This document shows, piece by piece, positions 10,237 to 19,298 of a stretch of DNA of 64,000 bases; the stretch's first letter is position 1; every line of letters begins with the position of its first letter. This DNA is from Myxococcota bacterium (GTDB lineage: Bacteria; Myxococcota_A; UBA9160; SZUA-336), in the NCBI GenBank assembly GCA_965247115.1, contig CBDFGR010000001.1:96001-160000 (forward strand). Reading direction: 5' to 3'. The notes under the pieces were generated by a model. That model was not told the origin of the DNA. It did no database searches and saw only the letters and a list, made by a program, of their open reading frames with translations. The translations under genes were made by a program, and so were the position numbers.

Positions 10237-11367
10237 CTAGAACCGCGACCCGTCGCCGATGTTCAGCGATCCGTCGTCGGCCTCCACGGCTGCTTCTCCC
10301 TCGAGCGCCAGCTTCGTGGCGAAGTCGCGCGGGTTCGACGCGGCGTCGGAAGCCGTCTCGAGCGTGATCTTCGCAGCCTGGTACAGGCTCAGGAGATGCT
10401 GATCGAAGGTTTGCATCCCGAGATCGGACCCACCGGCGCTGATGTGGTCCGAGATCTCGACGGTGCGGTTCGGATCCCGAATGCACTCGCGAATGGAGCG
10501 CGTCGTGCGCATGACCTCGACGGCGGGTACGCGACTGTTGCCCTTCTTGTTCGGCAGCAGGCGCAGGGAGACGATCGCCTGAATGTTCTCGGAGAGCCGA
10601 TCCCGAATCTGACTCTCCTCCTCCGCCGGGAAGAAGCTCAGGATCCGGCGCAGCGTCATTGCAACGTCGATCGTGTGGATCGACGAGAACACAGCGTGTC
10701 CCGTCTCAGACGCCTTCAGAGCGGTGTCTACCGTCTCTGCGTCGCGCATCTCGCCGACCATGATTACGTCGGGGTCCTGGCGGAGCGCAGCGCGTAGCGC
10801 GTCGGGGAAGCCCATGGTGTCGGTGCCGATCTCGCGTTGAGTGATGATTGCGAGCTCGGGCTTGAAGATGAACTCCACCGGATCCTCGATCGTCACGATC
10901 TTGCATTTCCGCGCTAGGTTGATCTCCTGCAGCATCGTGGCGAGGGTCGTCGACTTTCCCATCCCTGTGGCGCCGGTGACCAGGGTCAGTCCGCGAGGAA
11001 TGGGTGCGATCTCGCGCAGCACGGTGGGCAGGTTGAGCTCTTCGAACGACTTGATGCTGAGCGGGATGACCCGGAGTACGATGTTGTGCGCCCGACGCTC
11101 ACGGCTGATGTTGACGCGGAATCGACCCTCTCCCGGCAGCTCGTACGCGAGATCCACCTCGCGCTGGCCATCGAGGTCCTGCCCGCTGCTCTCGACCAGG
11201 AGCCGCGCGATGCTCGCAGTGTCTTCTGGTGAGAGCACCTTGTACTTGAGCTCTACGAGCTCGCCATTGAAGCGGTACAGCGGCAGATAGCCGGCCTGGA
11301 AGTGGATGTCTGAGGCGCCCTTGTCGAAACCCAGGCGGAGCAGGCGATGGAGTCGCTCAAGGTCCAT
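10237..11367 (-). CDS. PilT/PilU-family type IV pilus ATPase
   Basis: ASDIHF, GATGMGKSTT, TIEDPVEF, ALRQDPDVIMVGEMRD, GMQTFDQ. Confidence 0.93.
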   Translation of the reverse strand: MDLERLHRLLRLGFDKGASDIHFQAGYLPLYRFNGELVELKYKVLSPEDTASIARLLVESSGQDLDGQREVDLAYELPGEGRFRVNISRERRAHNIVLRVIPLSIKSFEELNLPTVLREIAPIPRGLTLVTGATGMGKSTTLATMLQEINLARKCKIVTIEDPVEFIFKPELAIITQREIGTDTMGFPDALRAALRQDPDVIMVGEMRDAETVDTALKASETGHAVFSSIHTIDVAMTLRRILSFFPAEEESQIRDRLSENIQAIVSLRLLPNKKGNSRVPAVEVMRTTRSIRECIRDPNRTVEISDHISAGGSDLGMQTFDQHLLSLYQAAKITLETASDAASNPRDFATKLALEGEAAVEADDGSLNIGDGSRF

Positions 11368-11478
11368 GCAGAATTCCAGTTTCCGCATCAACAGATAGAT
11401 GCGGTTCCTTCACCTTTCGGTATTCGAATCCTTGCGCTTGATGCGATCGGGCCGGGCGAGTCCTCTATACTTGAGCTC

Positions 11479-11949
11479 ATGAAAGTGGCGCTATTGACCG
11501 CGCTAGTCGTCTGTCTGACCCTGGCCGGCGGGAGTCAGGCTTTCGCGGACGAGCTCCAGGAGGGCTCCGAGGCCCGTCCGGTCCCTAACCTGAATCTGGA
11601 TCGGCTGCTAAGGCCGCGTTCCATGCCCACGGTGTACACGCAGTACGGTGGCAGGGGCCGCAGCGCCTGGGAGGCGGAGTTCGCACAGTCCCGCAGCGAA
11701 GTGGGAGAGCTCGAGCTCAAGGTGGCGGAAGCCAAGGTCAAGTATCGGGCAGCCTCCGGCGGCGAGTGGAGCTACTCGCCCATAGGGGGGGGCCAGGGCA
11801 CCACGGCGACGGACCCCGAGGTGCTCAAGATCCGGGCCGAGATCAAGCGCGATCGGCAGTCCCTGGAGACCTCGCGAAAACGCCTTCGGGAGCTGGGAGT
11901 CGAGGCTTCCCTGGCCGGCGTCCCGGACGAGTGGACCCTGCCGAGATAG
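11479..11949 (+). CDS. Hypothetical secreted coiled-coil protein
   Basis: Signal peptide MKVALLTALVVCLTLAGGSQAFA; C-terminal AGVPDEW. Confidence 0.65.
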   Translation: MKVALLTALVVCLTLAGGSQAFADELQEGSEARPVPNLNLDRLLRPRSMPTVYTQYGGRGRSAWEAEFAQSRSEVGELELKVAEAKVKYRAASGGEWSYSPIGGGQGTTATDPEVLKIRAEIKRDRQSLETSRKRLRELGVEASLAGVPDEWTLPR

Positions 11950-12049
11950 GTCTTGTGGGACCCGGCCGCGGGCGGCCGCGGCCACCCACCTTCGCTCAGG
12001 CCTAGCGGCCTTCGCTGCGCGCGCCGCTTTGCGGCGCTTGCGGGGTGCC
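11950..12049 (+). repeat. REP-like three-hairpin element, copy 1
   Basis: GTCTTGTGGGACCCGG...CCACCCACCTTCGCTCAGG...CCTTCGCTGCGCGCG...GCTTGC. Confidence 0.9.
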
Positions 12050-12213
12050 TTTGCGGCTGGCTTCAGGAGGTCGGGAACTGGGGTCCGCGGAGGCGCGCAG
12101 GGTAGTGCGCACTTGGCGGTTCGCTTTCGATGGGGCGGGCTCTGGTTCGCGGGGTTAGGGGTGGGGTTGCGTGTTTTCTGCGTTGGGTATCCAAACTGCA
12201 ATGTTGCTGGGAC

Positions 12214-13121
12214 ATGGCAAGGGCCTGGCTACAACTCGTGCTGCTCGGAGCGCTCACCTTTGGGGTCGGCTGTCAGAGCTTTCGTGGGGATCCGGAGCTG
12301 GCGCTGCAGAGGCTCGACGGGGACACGCTCACAGCGGTGGTGGCCGAGCTCAAGGTGCACCTTGGCGAGGATCGCTATCGTTTCCACCGCGCCGTGACCG
12401 CAGACGGCCGCGACCTGATTGCGGTATTGCTCTGGAAGCTCGACCGCCTGCAGCAGCTTCGCTCTGTGCCGCGTCAGGACTGGCAGAACGTCGACCTCGT
12501 CATCGAGTTCGCGCGTGCTCGCGCGCTCGAGCGCCTGCGCCGCTACGAAGAGGCAGGAGCGGCGTTCGCACGCGTTGCGGCGAGCGGCTCCGTGCTCGCG
12601 GCCCCGTCCCAGGAGGCGGCAAGCGTGATGACGCGCTTTGTCGGCTCCGGGGGAGAGCTCGCGCAGACGCCTCTGCAGGAGATCGAGCGGATCCAGGCGC
12701 AGCTGCTGCGCTGGCGAGCGCTCTCGCGCGAGCTCGCGGAGACCGCCTACGAACCGCTCGCGCTGGAGGAAGCGGAGCTCTGGGAGATGCTCCGCGTCGA
12801 TTGGCTCCTGCGCCACAAGGGACAGGAGCACGCCGTCGAAAGCTGCATGAGGCTCATCGAGCAGAACCGCGATTCCAAGCTCTACTCCAGGCATCTTCTG
12901 CGCCTCGGTGATCTCTAGCCGACCTCGCCGGGAGCGTGTATCTGCACGCGCAGACTCGCTGGTCCGTCGATCTTGCAGAGTATGAGCTGCTGATCGATCG
13001 GGCTCTGGCGGCGTACGAGCTCGCAGCAGAAGATCGTCGTCCCGGTCTGCGCAGCGAGGCGAGCGCTCGGATCGAGGCACTGCTTGCCACGCACCGGGGA
13101 GCTGTTGCGTATGCCCGCTGA
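12214..13121 (+). pseudogene. TPR-like lipoprotein split by a 1-bp frameshift near 12917 (real or sequencing error)
   Basis: Lipobox FGVGC; the ORF stops at LRLGDL*; adding one base gives LRLGDLYADLAGSVYL, joining ORF 12936-13121. Confidence 0.65.
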
Positions 13122-15114
13122 TCGCGACCAGGTGATCCGCGTGGGGATCCGTCTCGTCCTCGTCGCGTTTGCCGCTGGCTTGCTCGTGCTGGCCCTCTCA
13201 AACAGCGCGTTCTCACGGGAGCTTCCGGAGTCCGTCGAGGAAGCGACGAAGCTGTTGCTTGCTCACGAGCCGGTGACTGCCGAAGCGCGGGTCGACGAGG
13301 CGCGCGAGATCCTGCGAGACGAGAGGCAGGAGCGACTGACACGGATGGGGAGCGCGCTCTTCGACCTGGGCTGGAGAGGGGCGACGCCGGGCTCGCCGAA
13401 GCGGGTGCTGGACTCGGGAAGACGTCTCGCGCGCGAGATCCGACACTGGAACTCTCGCTCCTCTGCGGAAGACCGCGCACTTGCGCTGCTCGAGAGCGAT
13501 GTCCGTGAACAGGCGAGCGACGATCGGGGCCGGGCGCTCTACACCCGATTGAAGTCACGTGAGGATGAGCAGCTAGTGTCTCGCTTCGTCCGCGAGGCCG
13601 AGGTTGCACTCTCTCGGGGCGAGCTCGACACTGCGCGGCGCCGGGTCGACCGGATTGCAGCGTTGGAACCCGCGGAGCGAGGTCTCCCGGAGCTACGCCT
13701 GGCGCTCTTGGAGGCGGGCGAAAGCTCCGCCCCGCAGACGGTGGATCCTGTCGCGGGGATCGCGAGCTGGGAAGCCCCGCTCGCGGCCGCGCTGTTGACC
13801 GATGGATACGACGCCGTGCTCTCCTTTCCGGAGGCCCGAGCCGACGTAGAGCTCGCCCAGGCGGTGGCCGCCTTCCTTTCGGGGGACGGAGCAGGCGCTG
13901 TCGCCAGGCTGGAGCAGCTCGAGGACCGGGAGGGTCCACCCGCCGAGCTGGCCGCTGCCTGGCTTGCCAGCGAGAGCTTCAATCCCGAGGCAGCACTCGT
14001 GAGCTCGGCGCGACGCTTCCGCGTCCAGCGGGCACTCGGCTGGCTGGGTGGAGACGAGCTCGAGGACCACGGACTCTCGTTCTCGCGCGACGGCTACAAG
14101 GCCTGGCAGGCCGCGCTCTCGCCGCTCAACCTCGCCCTCGCTCTGCCGGCTCGGCTGATCAGTAGGCGCCGTCCAGAGTCCACCGACCTCCATGCCGCAG
14201 CGAGCGGGTACCTCGATCGCGTTCCCTTCGGGCCGAGTGCCAACGCGGCGAAGGCCTGGCTCGAACAGGGCAGTAGCGGCTTGGGGAGCCGCAACCAGCG
14301 CGCCTTCGACGATGGCCGCTTCGTCCTGCCACCCGCGACGACGCGCTACCGAGCGCACGACCCGTTGCGCCTCCTGGTGACGCCAGCGGGACTCGACGTT
14401 GTCAGCCGCGATCGCTTCACGCGCCTCGGCATCCGCATGGAGACCGACTCCGCACTGCTTCTCACGACGGTCAACGGCGAGGTCCCGAACACGGCCATCA
14501 CTATTTCGCGTGACACAGCACTGCGTCTGGCTGCAGGGCTCGCACACGGGGTGGAGCAGGGCGCGTTGATACCGGTCGCAGGAGATGCGACGGCGCTACT
14601 CGAAGGGCTCCGGCGCCTGGACGGGGACCTGCGCCGCGGAGCGAACCTGGTACTGGAGCCCTGGCACCCTCGCGCCGAGGGGGCCAGAACGGAGCTGAGT
14701 CGAGCGCTGCTGGAGGGCGGCTCGCCCGCACAGCTTCAACAGCTCCGGATCGCCCGGTCTCGCAAGTCGGTGCGGGTCGAGCGCGAGCTGTTCGCTCGCG
14801 CCACCGACTGCCCGGTGGAGGCCACGCTGTGCATCGACCGTGCGCGCTCGTATGAAGGTCGGCTGTTCGCCCGCGTCGATGACGACGGCGAGATGCGTCT
14901 GGGGCTCGGCGGGAAGCTCGCCCGTGCCAGCCTCTCACTCGAGGTCGGTCGTTCCGGCCCGAGAGCCGCCATCACGCTCCCCTTGGGTCATTGGCTCGGG
15001 ATCAGTCGCTGGCTTCCGGCCGAGCTGCACCTGAACGTGGGCGCAGACGGCGTGGCGGCGAAGCCCACGCTCGGACGCCACCGAGCCCGGGGCTACGCCT
15101 TCGCAGGTCGCTAG
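13111..15114 (+). CDS. Hypothetical exported protein (helical N-part, beta-strand-like C-terminus)
   Basis: Long ORF with hydrophobic N-terminus, overlapping the upstream gene. Confidence 0.65.
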   Translation: MPADRDQVIRVGIRLVLVAFAAGLLVLALSNSAFSRELPESVEEATKLLLAHEPVTAEARVDEAREILRDERQERLTRMGSALFDLGWRGATPGSPKRVLDSGRRLAREIRHWNSRSSAEDRALALLESDVREQASDDRGRALYTRLKSREDEQLVSRFVREAEVALSRGELDTARRRVDRIAALEPAERGLPELRLALLEAGESSAPQTVDPVAGIASWEAPLAAALLTDGYDAVLSFPEARADVELAQAVAAFLSGDGAGAVARLEQLEDREGPPAELAAAWLASESFNPEAALVSSARRFRVQRALGWLGGDELEDHGLSFSRDGYKAWQAALSPLNLALALPARLISRRRPESTDLHAAASGYLDRVPFGPSANAAKAWLEQGSSGLGSRNQRAFDDGRFVLPPATTRYRAHDPLRLLVTPAGLDVVSRDRFTRLGIRMETDSALLLTTVNGEVPNTAITISRDTALRLAAGLAHGVEQGALIPVAGDATALLEGLRRLDGDLRRGANLVLEPWHPRAEGARTELSRALLEGGSPAQLQQLRIARSRKSVRVERELFARATDCPVEATLCIDRARSYEGRLFARVDDDGEMRLGLGGKLARASLSLEVGRSGPRAAITLPLGHWLGISRWLPAELHLNVGADGVAAKPTLGRHRARGYAFAGR

Positions 15115-15115
15115 G

Positions 15116-16213
15116 TCAGAGAAGCTGTCTGAGGGCGGTGAGGAGGCGGGCGACGACTTCGGGGCGGGCGTTTTCTCCCATCAGGCCGATGCGCCAGACT
15201 CGACCGGCGAGCTTGCCGAGGCCGGCACCGATCTCGATCCCATAGTCGGAGAGTAGCTGCTTGCGGATCGTGGCTTCGTCCGCGACGGGCGGAATCACAG
15301 TGTTCAGCATGGGCAGCTGGTGGGCGGGCTCGACGAGCATTTCGAAGCCCAGCTCGGTCAAGCCCAGGACCAGGGCACGGTGGGCCTCGTAGTGGCGGGC
15401 GAAGCGCGCCTCGAGCCCCTCATCCAGGACGCGCTCGAGGGCGGCGTGGAGCGCAAGGATCATGCTGACGGGGGCAGTGTGATGGTAGACCCGCTCGTCT
15501 CCCAGGTAACGGCCGATCAGGCCGAGGTCCAGGTACCAGCTCTGCACCGGTTTCTGGCGCCCGGCGAGCCGCTCAAGCGCGCGCGGCCCGAAGGCCAGGG
15601 GAGAGAGTCCCGGCGGACACGACAGACACTTCTGTGTGCCTGAATACGCCGCGTCGATGGCCCAGTCGTCGAACCGCACAGCCATGCCCGAGAGCGAGGT
15701 CACACAGTCGAGCACGACCAGGGCGCCGGCCGCCCGCGCGGCGTGCGCCACGTCGCGCACCGGCTGGGCCACGCCCGTCGAGGTCTCGGCGTGGACAAGC
15801 GCCACCAGGTCCGGTCGCGCGGACTGCACCTCTGCGATGAGCCGCTCCGGCGGGATGATCTCGCCCATCTCCGCCTCGACGCGGATTGCCTGCGCTCCCG
15901 CCCGCTCGATGACGGAGACCATGCGCTCGCCGAATACCCCCTGGACTGCCACCAGTGCCCGATCCCCTGGCTCGAGCAGGTTGACCAGGCACGCCTCCAT
16001 CCCCGCACTCCCGGTCGCGGACAGCGGAAGGGTGAGCGCATGCTCGGTGGCGAAGACCGTGCGCAGCTGCTCCTGCACCCGGTCGAGGACGCCGAGGAAC
16101 GCCGGGTCGAGGTGTCCGATCATCGGGTGGGCCAGTGCGCGCAGCACCGGCTCCGACACGTTGCTGGGACCGGGCCCGAGGAGGAGTCGCTCCGGTAGCT
16201 CGAGATCACTCAC
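15116..16213 (-). CDS. Alanine-glyoxylate/serine-pyruvate aminotransferase (class V)
   Basis: LLLGPGPS, HAETSTG, YSGTQKCLSCPPG, YHHTAP. Confidence 0.93.
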   Translation of the reverse strand: MSDLELPERLLLGPGPSNVSEPVLRALAHPMIGHLDPAFLGVLDRVQEQLRTVFATEHALTLPLSATGSAGMEACLVNLLEPGDRALVAVQGVFGERMVSVIERAGAQAIRVEAEMGEIIPPERLIAEVQSARPDLVALVHAETSTGVAQPVRDVAHAARAAGALVVLDCVTSLSGMAVRFDDWAIDAAYSGTQKCLSCPPGLSPLAFGPRALERLAGRQKPVQSWYLDLGLIGRYLGDERVYHHTAPVSMILALHAALERVLDEGLEARFARHYEAHRALVLGLTELGFEMLVEPAHQLPMLNTVIPPVADEATIRKQLLSDYGIEIGAGLGKLAGRVWRIGLMGENARPEVVARLLTALRQLL

Positions 16214-16260
16214 AGCCCGATGATAGCGGCTTATCGGTAGACTGGGTTCGGGAGGATCGC

Positions 16261-16611
16261 GTGGACCGTCTGGACTGTCTATTTTGCAAGATTGCTGCCG
16301 GAGAGGTCCCGGCCAACCTCGCCTTCGAGAACGAGCGCGTCGTCGCCTTCACCGACATCAACCCGCAGGCTCCTACCCACCTGCAGATCATTCCGCGCGA
16401 GCACATTGCGAGCTCGCTCGAGGTCACCGAGAGCAATCGGGATTGCATCGGCGAGCTGGTCGAGGTCGCAGCGCACCTGGCGCGGGAGCTCGGTCTGGCC
16501 GATGCCGGCTATCGCCTGGTCTTCAACACGGGCGGCGCGGCAGGCCAGACCGTCTATCACATCCACCTGCACCTTCTCGGAGGACGCTCGTTCGGCTGGC
16601 CGCCGGGGTAA
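16261..16611 (+). CDS. hinT: HIT-family nucleotide-binding protein
   Basis: DCLFCKI, GQTVYHIHLHLLGG, WPPG. Confidence 0.92.
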   Translation: MDRLDCLFCKIAAGEVPANLAFENERVVAFTDINPQAPTHLQIIPREHIASSLEVTESNRDCIGELVEVAAHLARELGLADAGYRLVFNTGGAAGQTVYHIHLHLLGGRSFGWPPG

Positions 16612-16633
16612 AGCCCGCTACTGTCTTGCGAAC

Positions 16634-16921
16634 ATGTTTCGAGTCCTTTTTCTGACCCTTGTGTTTGGCGCTGTCGCGATTTGCTTCGAGCCGGGCTGGG
16701 ATGGCAAGCAGCGTACGTTCTCTCTCCGGCTGCGCGCTCCGAACGAGATTGCTCAGCTCGTGGGCCGCATCGGGACGGAGCTCGTGGCCCGCAGTGCGTC
16801 CGCGGTAGAGCGAAACGACGCGGTGCCGGCCGTTGCTTCGGGTCCTTTCGATCCCGAGCGGATCACCGAGGCCGATCGCAAGAACCTGGATCGTCTGCTC
16901 GAGGAGAAGCTGCGGGAGTAG
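16634..16921 (+). CDS. Small hypothetical membrane/exported protein
   Basis: Hydrophobic N-terminus; C-terminal ITEADRKNLDRLLEE; fills the hinT-dgt gap. Confidence 0.55.
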   Translation: MFRVLFLTLVFGAVAICFEPGWDGKQRTFSLRLRAPNEIAQLVGRIGTELVARSASAVERNDAVPAVASGPFDPERITEADRKNLDRLLEEKLRE

Positions 16922-16928
16922 AACGCGG

Positions 16929-18080
16929 TTGCGCCACTTGGAGCAGATCGAGAAGCAGGAAGATGAGCTGCTCGCCCCCTATGCATCTCGATCCAGCCAG
17001 ACTCGGGGGAGGCTTCGCAGGGAGCCACCCCACCGCTACCGCACCGATTTTCAGCGCGATCGCGATCGCGTGCTCCACTCGCGCGCCTTCCGTCGCCTGC
17101 AGTTCAAGACGCAGGTGTTCCCCTTCCAGGTTGGCGACCACTTCCGGAATCGACTCACACACACGCTAGAGGTCGCGCAGATCGCGCGCACTGTGGCCCG
17201 GGCGCTCGGCGCGAACGAGGATCTCACCGAGGCCATCGTGCTCGCGCACGACCTTGGACACCCGCCGTTCGGACACGCTGGCGAGAAGGTTCTGGACGAG
17301 CTCTCGAGCTCCGTTGGTGGGTTCGAACACAACCGCCAGAGCCTGCGGATCGTGGACTTCATCGAGCGCCGCTCGGAGCACAACGTTGGACTCAACCTGG
17401 TGCACGAGACCCGCGCCGGTTTGCTGAAGCATGGCGCCGAGTACTCCCGCTATGACCACCCGGTTCCACTGCCCGAGCTGAGCTCGCAGCCCAGCGTGGA
17501 GGCACAGATCGCGAATCTCGCCGACGAGATCGCCTATCACAGCCACGACCTGGATGATGGCCTGCGCTCCGGACTCCTGGCTTGGGATGGCCTCTGCGGT
17601 CTCTCGCTCTGGCAGCGTGCACTCGAGGATGGCGCAGCGGAAGGGCCGGAAGACCAACTATTCCTGCGCTCGCGCGTGATTGTCCGCGTCATCGATCTCC
17701 TGGCCTCGGATCTCATCGAGACGTCCGCACGTCAGCTGGCCGCGAGCGGTGTGCGCTCGGCGCAGGACGTGCTGCGGGCAGAGGCCCCGGTCGTGAGCTT
17801 CTCGGACGAAGTGCGCCAGATGACGCGCGAGGTGGCGCGCTACCTGTTCGACAACTTCTACCGACACCGTGAGGTGATCCGGATGGTGGACGAGGCGGAG
17901 CGCATCCTGCGCGACCTGTGGACCGGCTATCGCGACGACCCACGCCGCATCCCCACACACGTGCGCGATATCGAGGGCGACACGATGGGGCGAGCGATGG
18001 CAGACTACGTGGCAGGTATGACGGATCGGTTCGCCATGGACGAGCATCGCAAGCTCTTGACTCCTCCCGCGCTTGTCTGA
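16929..18080 (+). CDS. dgt: dGTP triphosphohydrolase (HD family)
   Basis: FQRDRDRVLHSRAFRRL, RNRLTHTLEV, HDLGHPPFGHAGE, DYVAGMTD. Confidence 0.96.
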   Translation: MRHLEQIEKQEDELLAPYASRSSQTRGRLRREPPHRYRTDFQRDRDRVLHSRAFRRLQFKTQVFPFQVGDHFRNRLTHTLEVAQIARTVARALGANEDLTEAIVLAHDLGHPPFGHAGEKVLDELSSSVGGFEHNRQSLRIVDFIERRSEHNVGLNLVHETRAGLLKHGAEYSRYDHPVPLPELSSQPSVEAQIANLADEIAYHSHDLDDGLRSGLLAWDGLCGLSLWQRALEDGAAEGPEDQLFLRSRVIVRVIDLLASDLIETSARQLAASGVRSAQDVLRAEAPVVSFSDEVRQMTREVARYLFDNFYRHREVIRMVDEAERILRDLWTGYRDDPRRIPTHVRDIEGDTMGRAMADYVAGMTDRFAMDEHRKLLTPPALV

Positions 18081-19221
18081 CTCCGCGCTCGAGAGGCTGC
18101 GCGAATCCTTGCCGGCGGAGCTCCGCGAGCGGCTCGCAACCGAAGAGCACGTGGATGCGTGGTTCGAGGCGGTGGGCGACGAGCTGCCGAGGGCATGGTT
18201 GCAGCTCGCGGGCGGTGAGCTCGAGCAGGTCGTGGAGCTGCTCGTCGAGGCCGGGCTCGAGTCGGCCCATGTGCTGCGCCGTCTCGACGAGCTCGCGCCG
18301 ACCAAGGCCGCCCGCAAGCTCGTTCGAGTGGCCATTCACCGCCTGAAGAGCCGCGGCATCGACGTGGAGCCGACACCGCGTGGGGTTACGCGGAGCGTGC
18401 TGCGCCCCGTGAGCGGGTCGCGAGGCTGGGGCCTCGCGACCCCCCCGGACGCGCTGGGTCGGCGTTCGCTGTTCCTGATTCTCCCGGTGCCCGGCGGCGT
18501 ACGCATGTACGAGATCGGGGTCTCCGACGTGGATGGCATTGCCCACCTGGAGGTCTTTCGGGCGAAGCGCCGGGATGCGCGGGCCTTCGGGCGGCGTCTG
18601 CGCGAGCGCGACGGTGTGTCCACCGTCGAGGTCGAGGCGGGCGAGCTGCGCGCGCTCGTTGCGCGATCGAAGGACTCTGCCGAGACTCACGTCGATCCGA
18701 AGCTCCTCGAGGAGGTGGTGAGAGATCCCGGCGGGGAGACCCCGGGCGAACGGCTGCGTCGCGAGCTGGCGCCCGCGGTGCAGGAGCTCGATGACCAGAC
18801 GGCGGATGAGCTCGTCGGCGCCGCAGTCCGGGCGGCCGAGCTGCAGGCGTGGCCGCCCGTGGGAGAGGCCGTTGACGGGCTCGCGGCGCGGATCGAGGCG
18901 ATCGAGCACAGCCCGCTGGTGCTGACCGGGCTGCAGCAGACCGAGCGCCGCATCGAGCTGATCCGGGAGTCCCGGGGCCGCGTGCTCGACTCGAGCTACC
19001 GAGAGCGCGTGGCAGTCCGCCTCGAGGAGTCCGCTGTCTTCCTGCGCGAGGCTGGCAAGCTCGAGACCGGGACCGCGGCGCTCCAGGTCGCGGGCCGGGT
19101 GCGTCACGCGGAGGATCCGCTCCACGTATCGTTCCTGGAGCTCATGCTGACCATCGCCCTGGACGCGGCTGCGAAGCGCGTCGACAAGCGCGACCCCACG
19201 CGTCTGATCGTTCCGCGCTGA
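18073..19221 (+). CDS. Hypothetical protein
   Basis: 382-aa ORF overlapping the dgt end, genome-typical codon usage. Confidence 0.7.
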   Translation: MSDSALERLRESLPAELRERLATEEHVDAWFEAVGDELPRAWLQLAGGELEQVVELLVEAGLESAHVLRRLDELAPTKAARKLVRVAIHRLKSRGIDVEPTPRGVTRSVLRPVSGSRGWGLATPPDALGRRSLFLILPVPGGVRMYEIGVSDVDGIAHLEVFRAKRRDARAFGRRLRERDGVSTVEVEAGELRALVARSKDSAETHVDPKLLEEVVRDPGGETPGERLRRELAPAVQELDDQTADELVGAAVRAAELQAWPPVGEAVDGLAARIEAIEHSPLVLTGLQQTERRIELIRESRGRVLDSSYRERVAVRLEESAVFLREAGKLETGTAALQVAGRVRHAEDPLHVSFLELMLTIALDAAAKRVDKRDPTRLIVPR

Positions 19222-19298
19222 GCTCTGCACTGGAACCGGCCGGCCGGTAATGCAACCGTGTGTCCGGATCTTTGGCTAGGGCCTTGCGGACCGCCACC

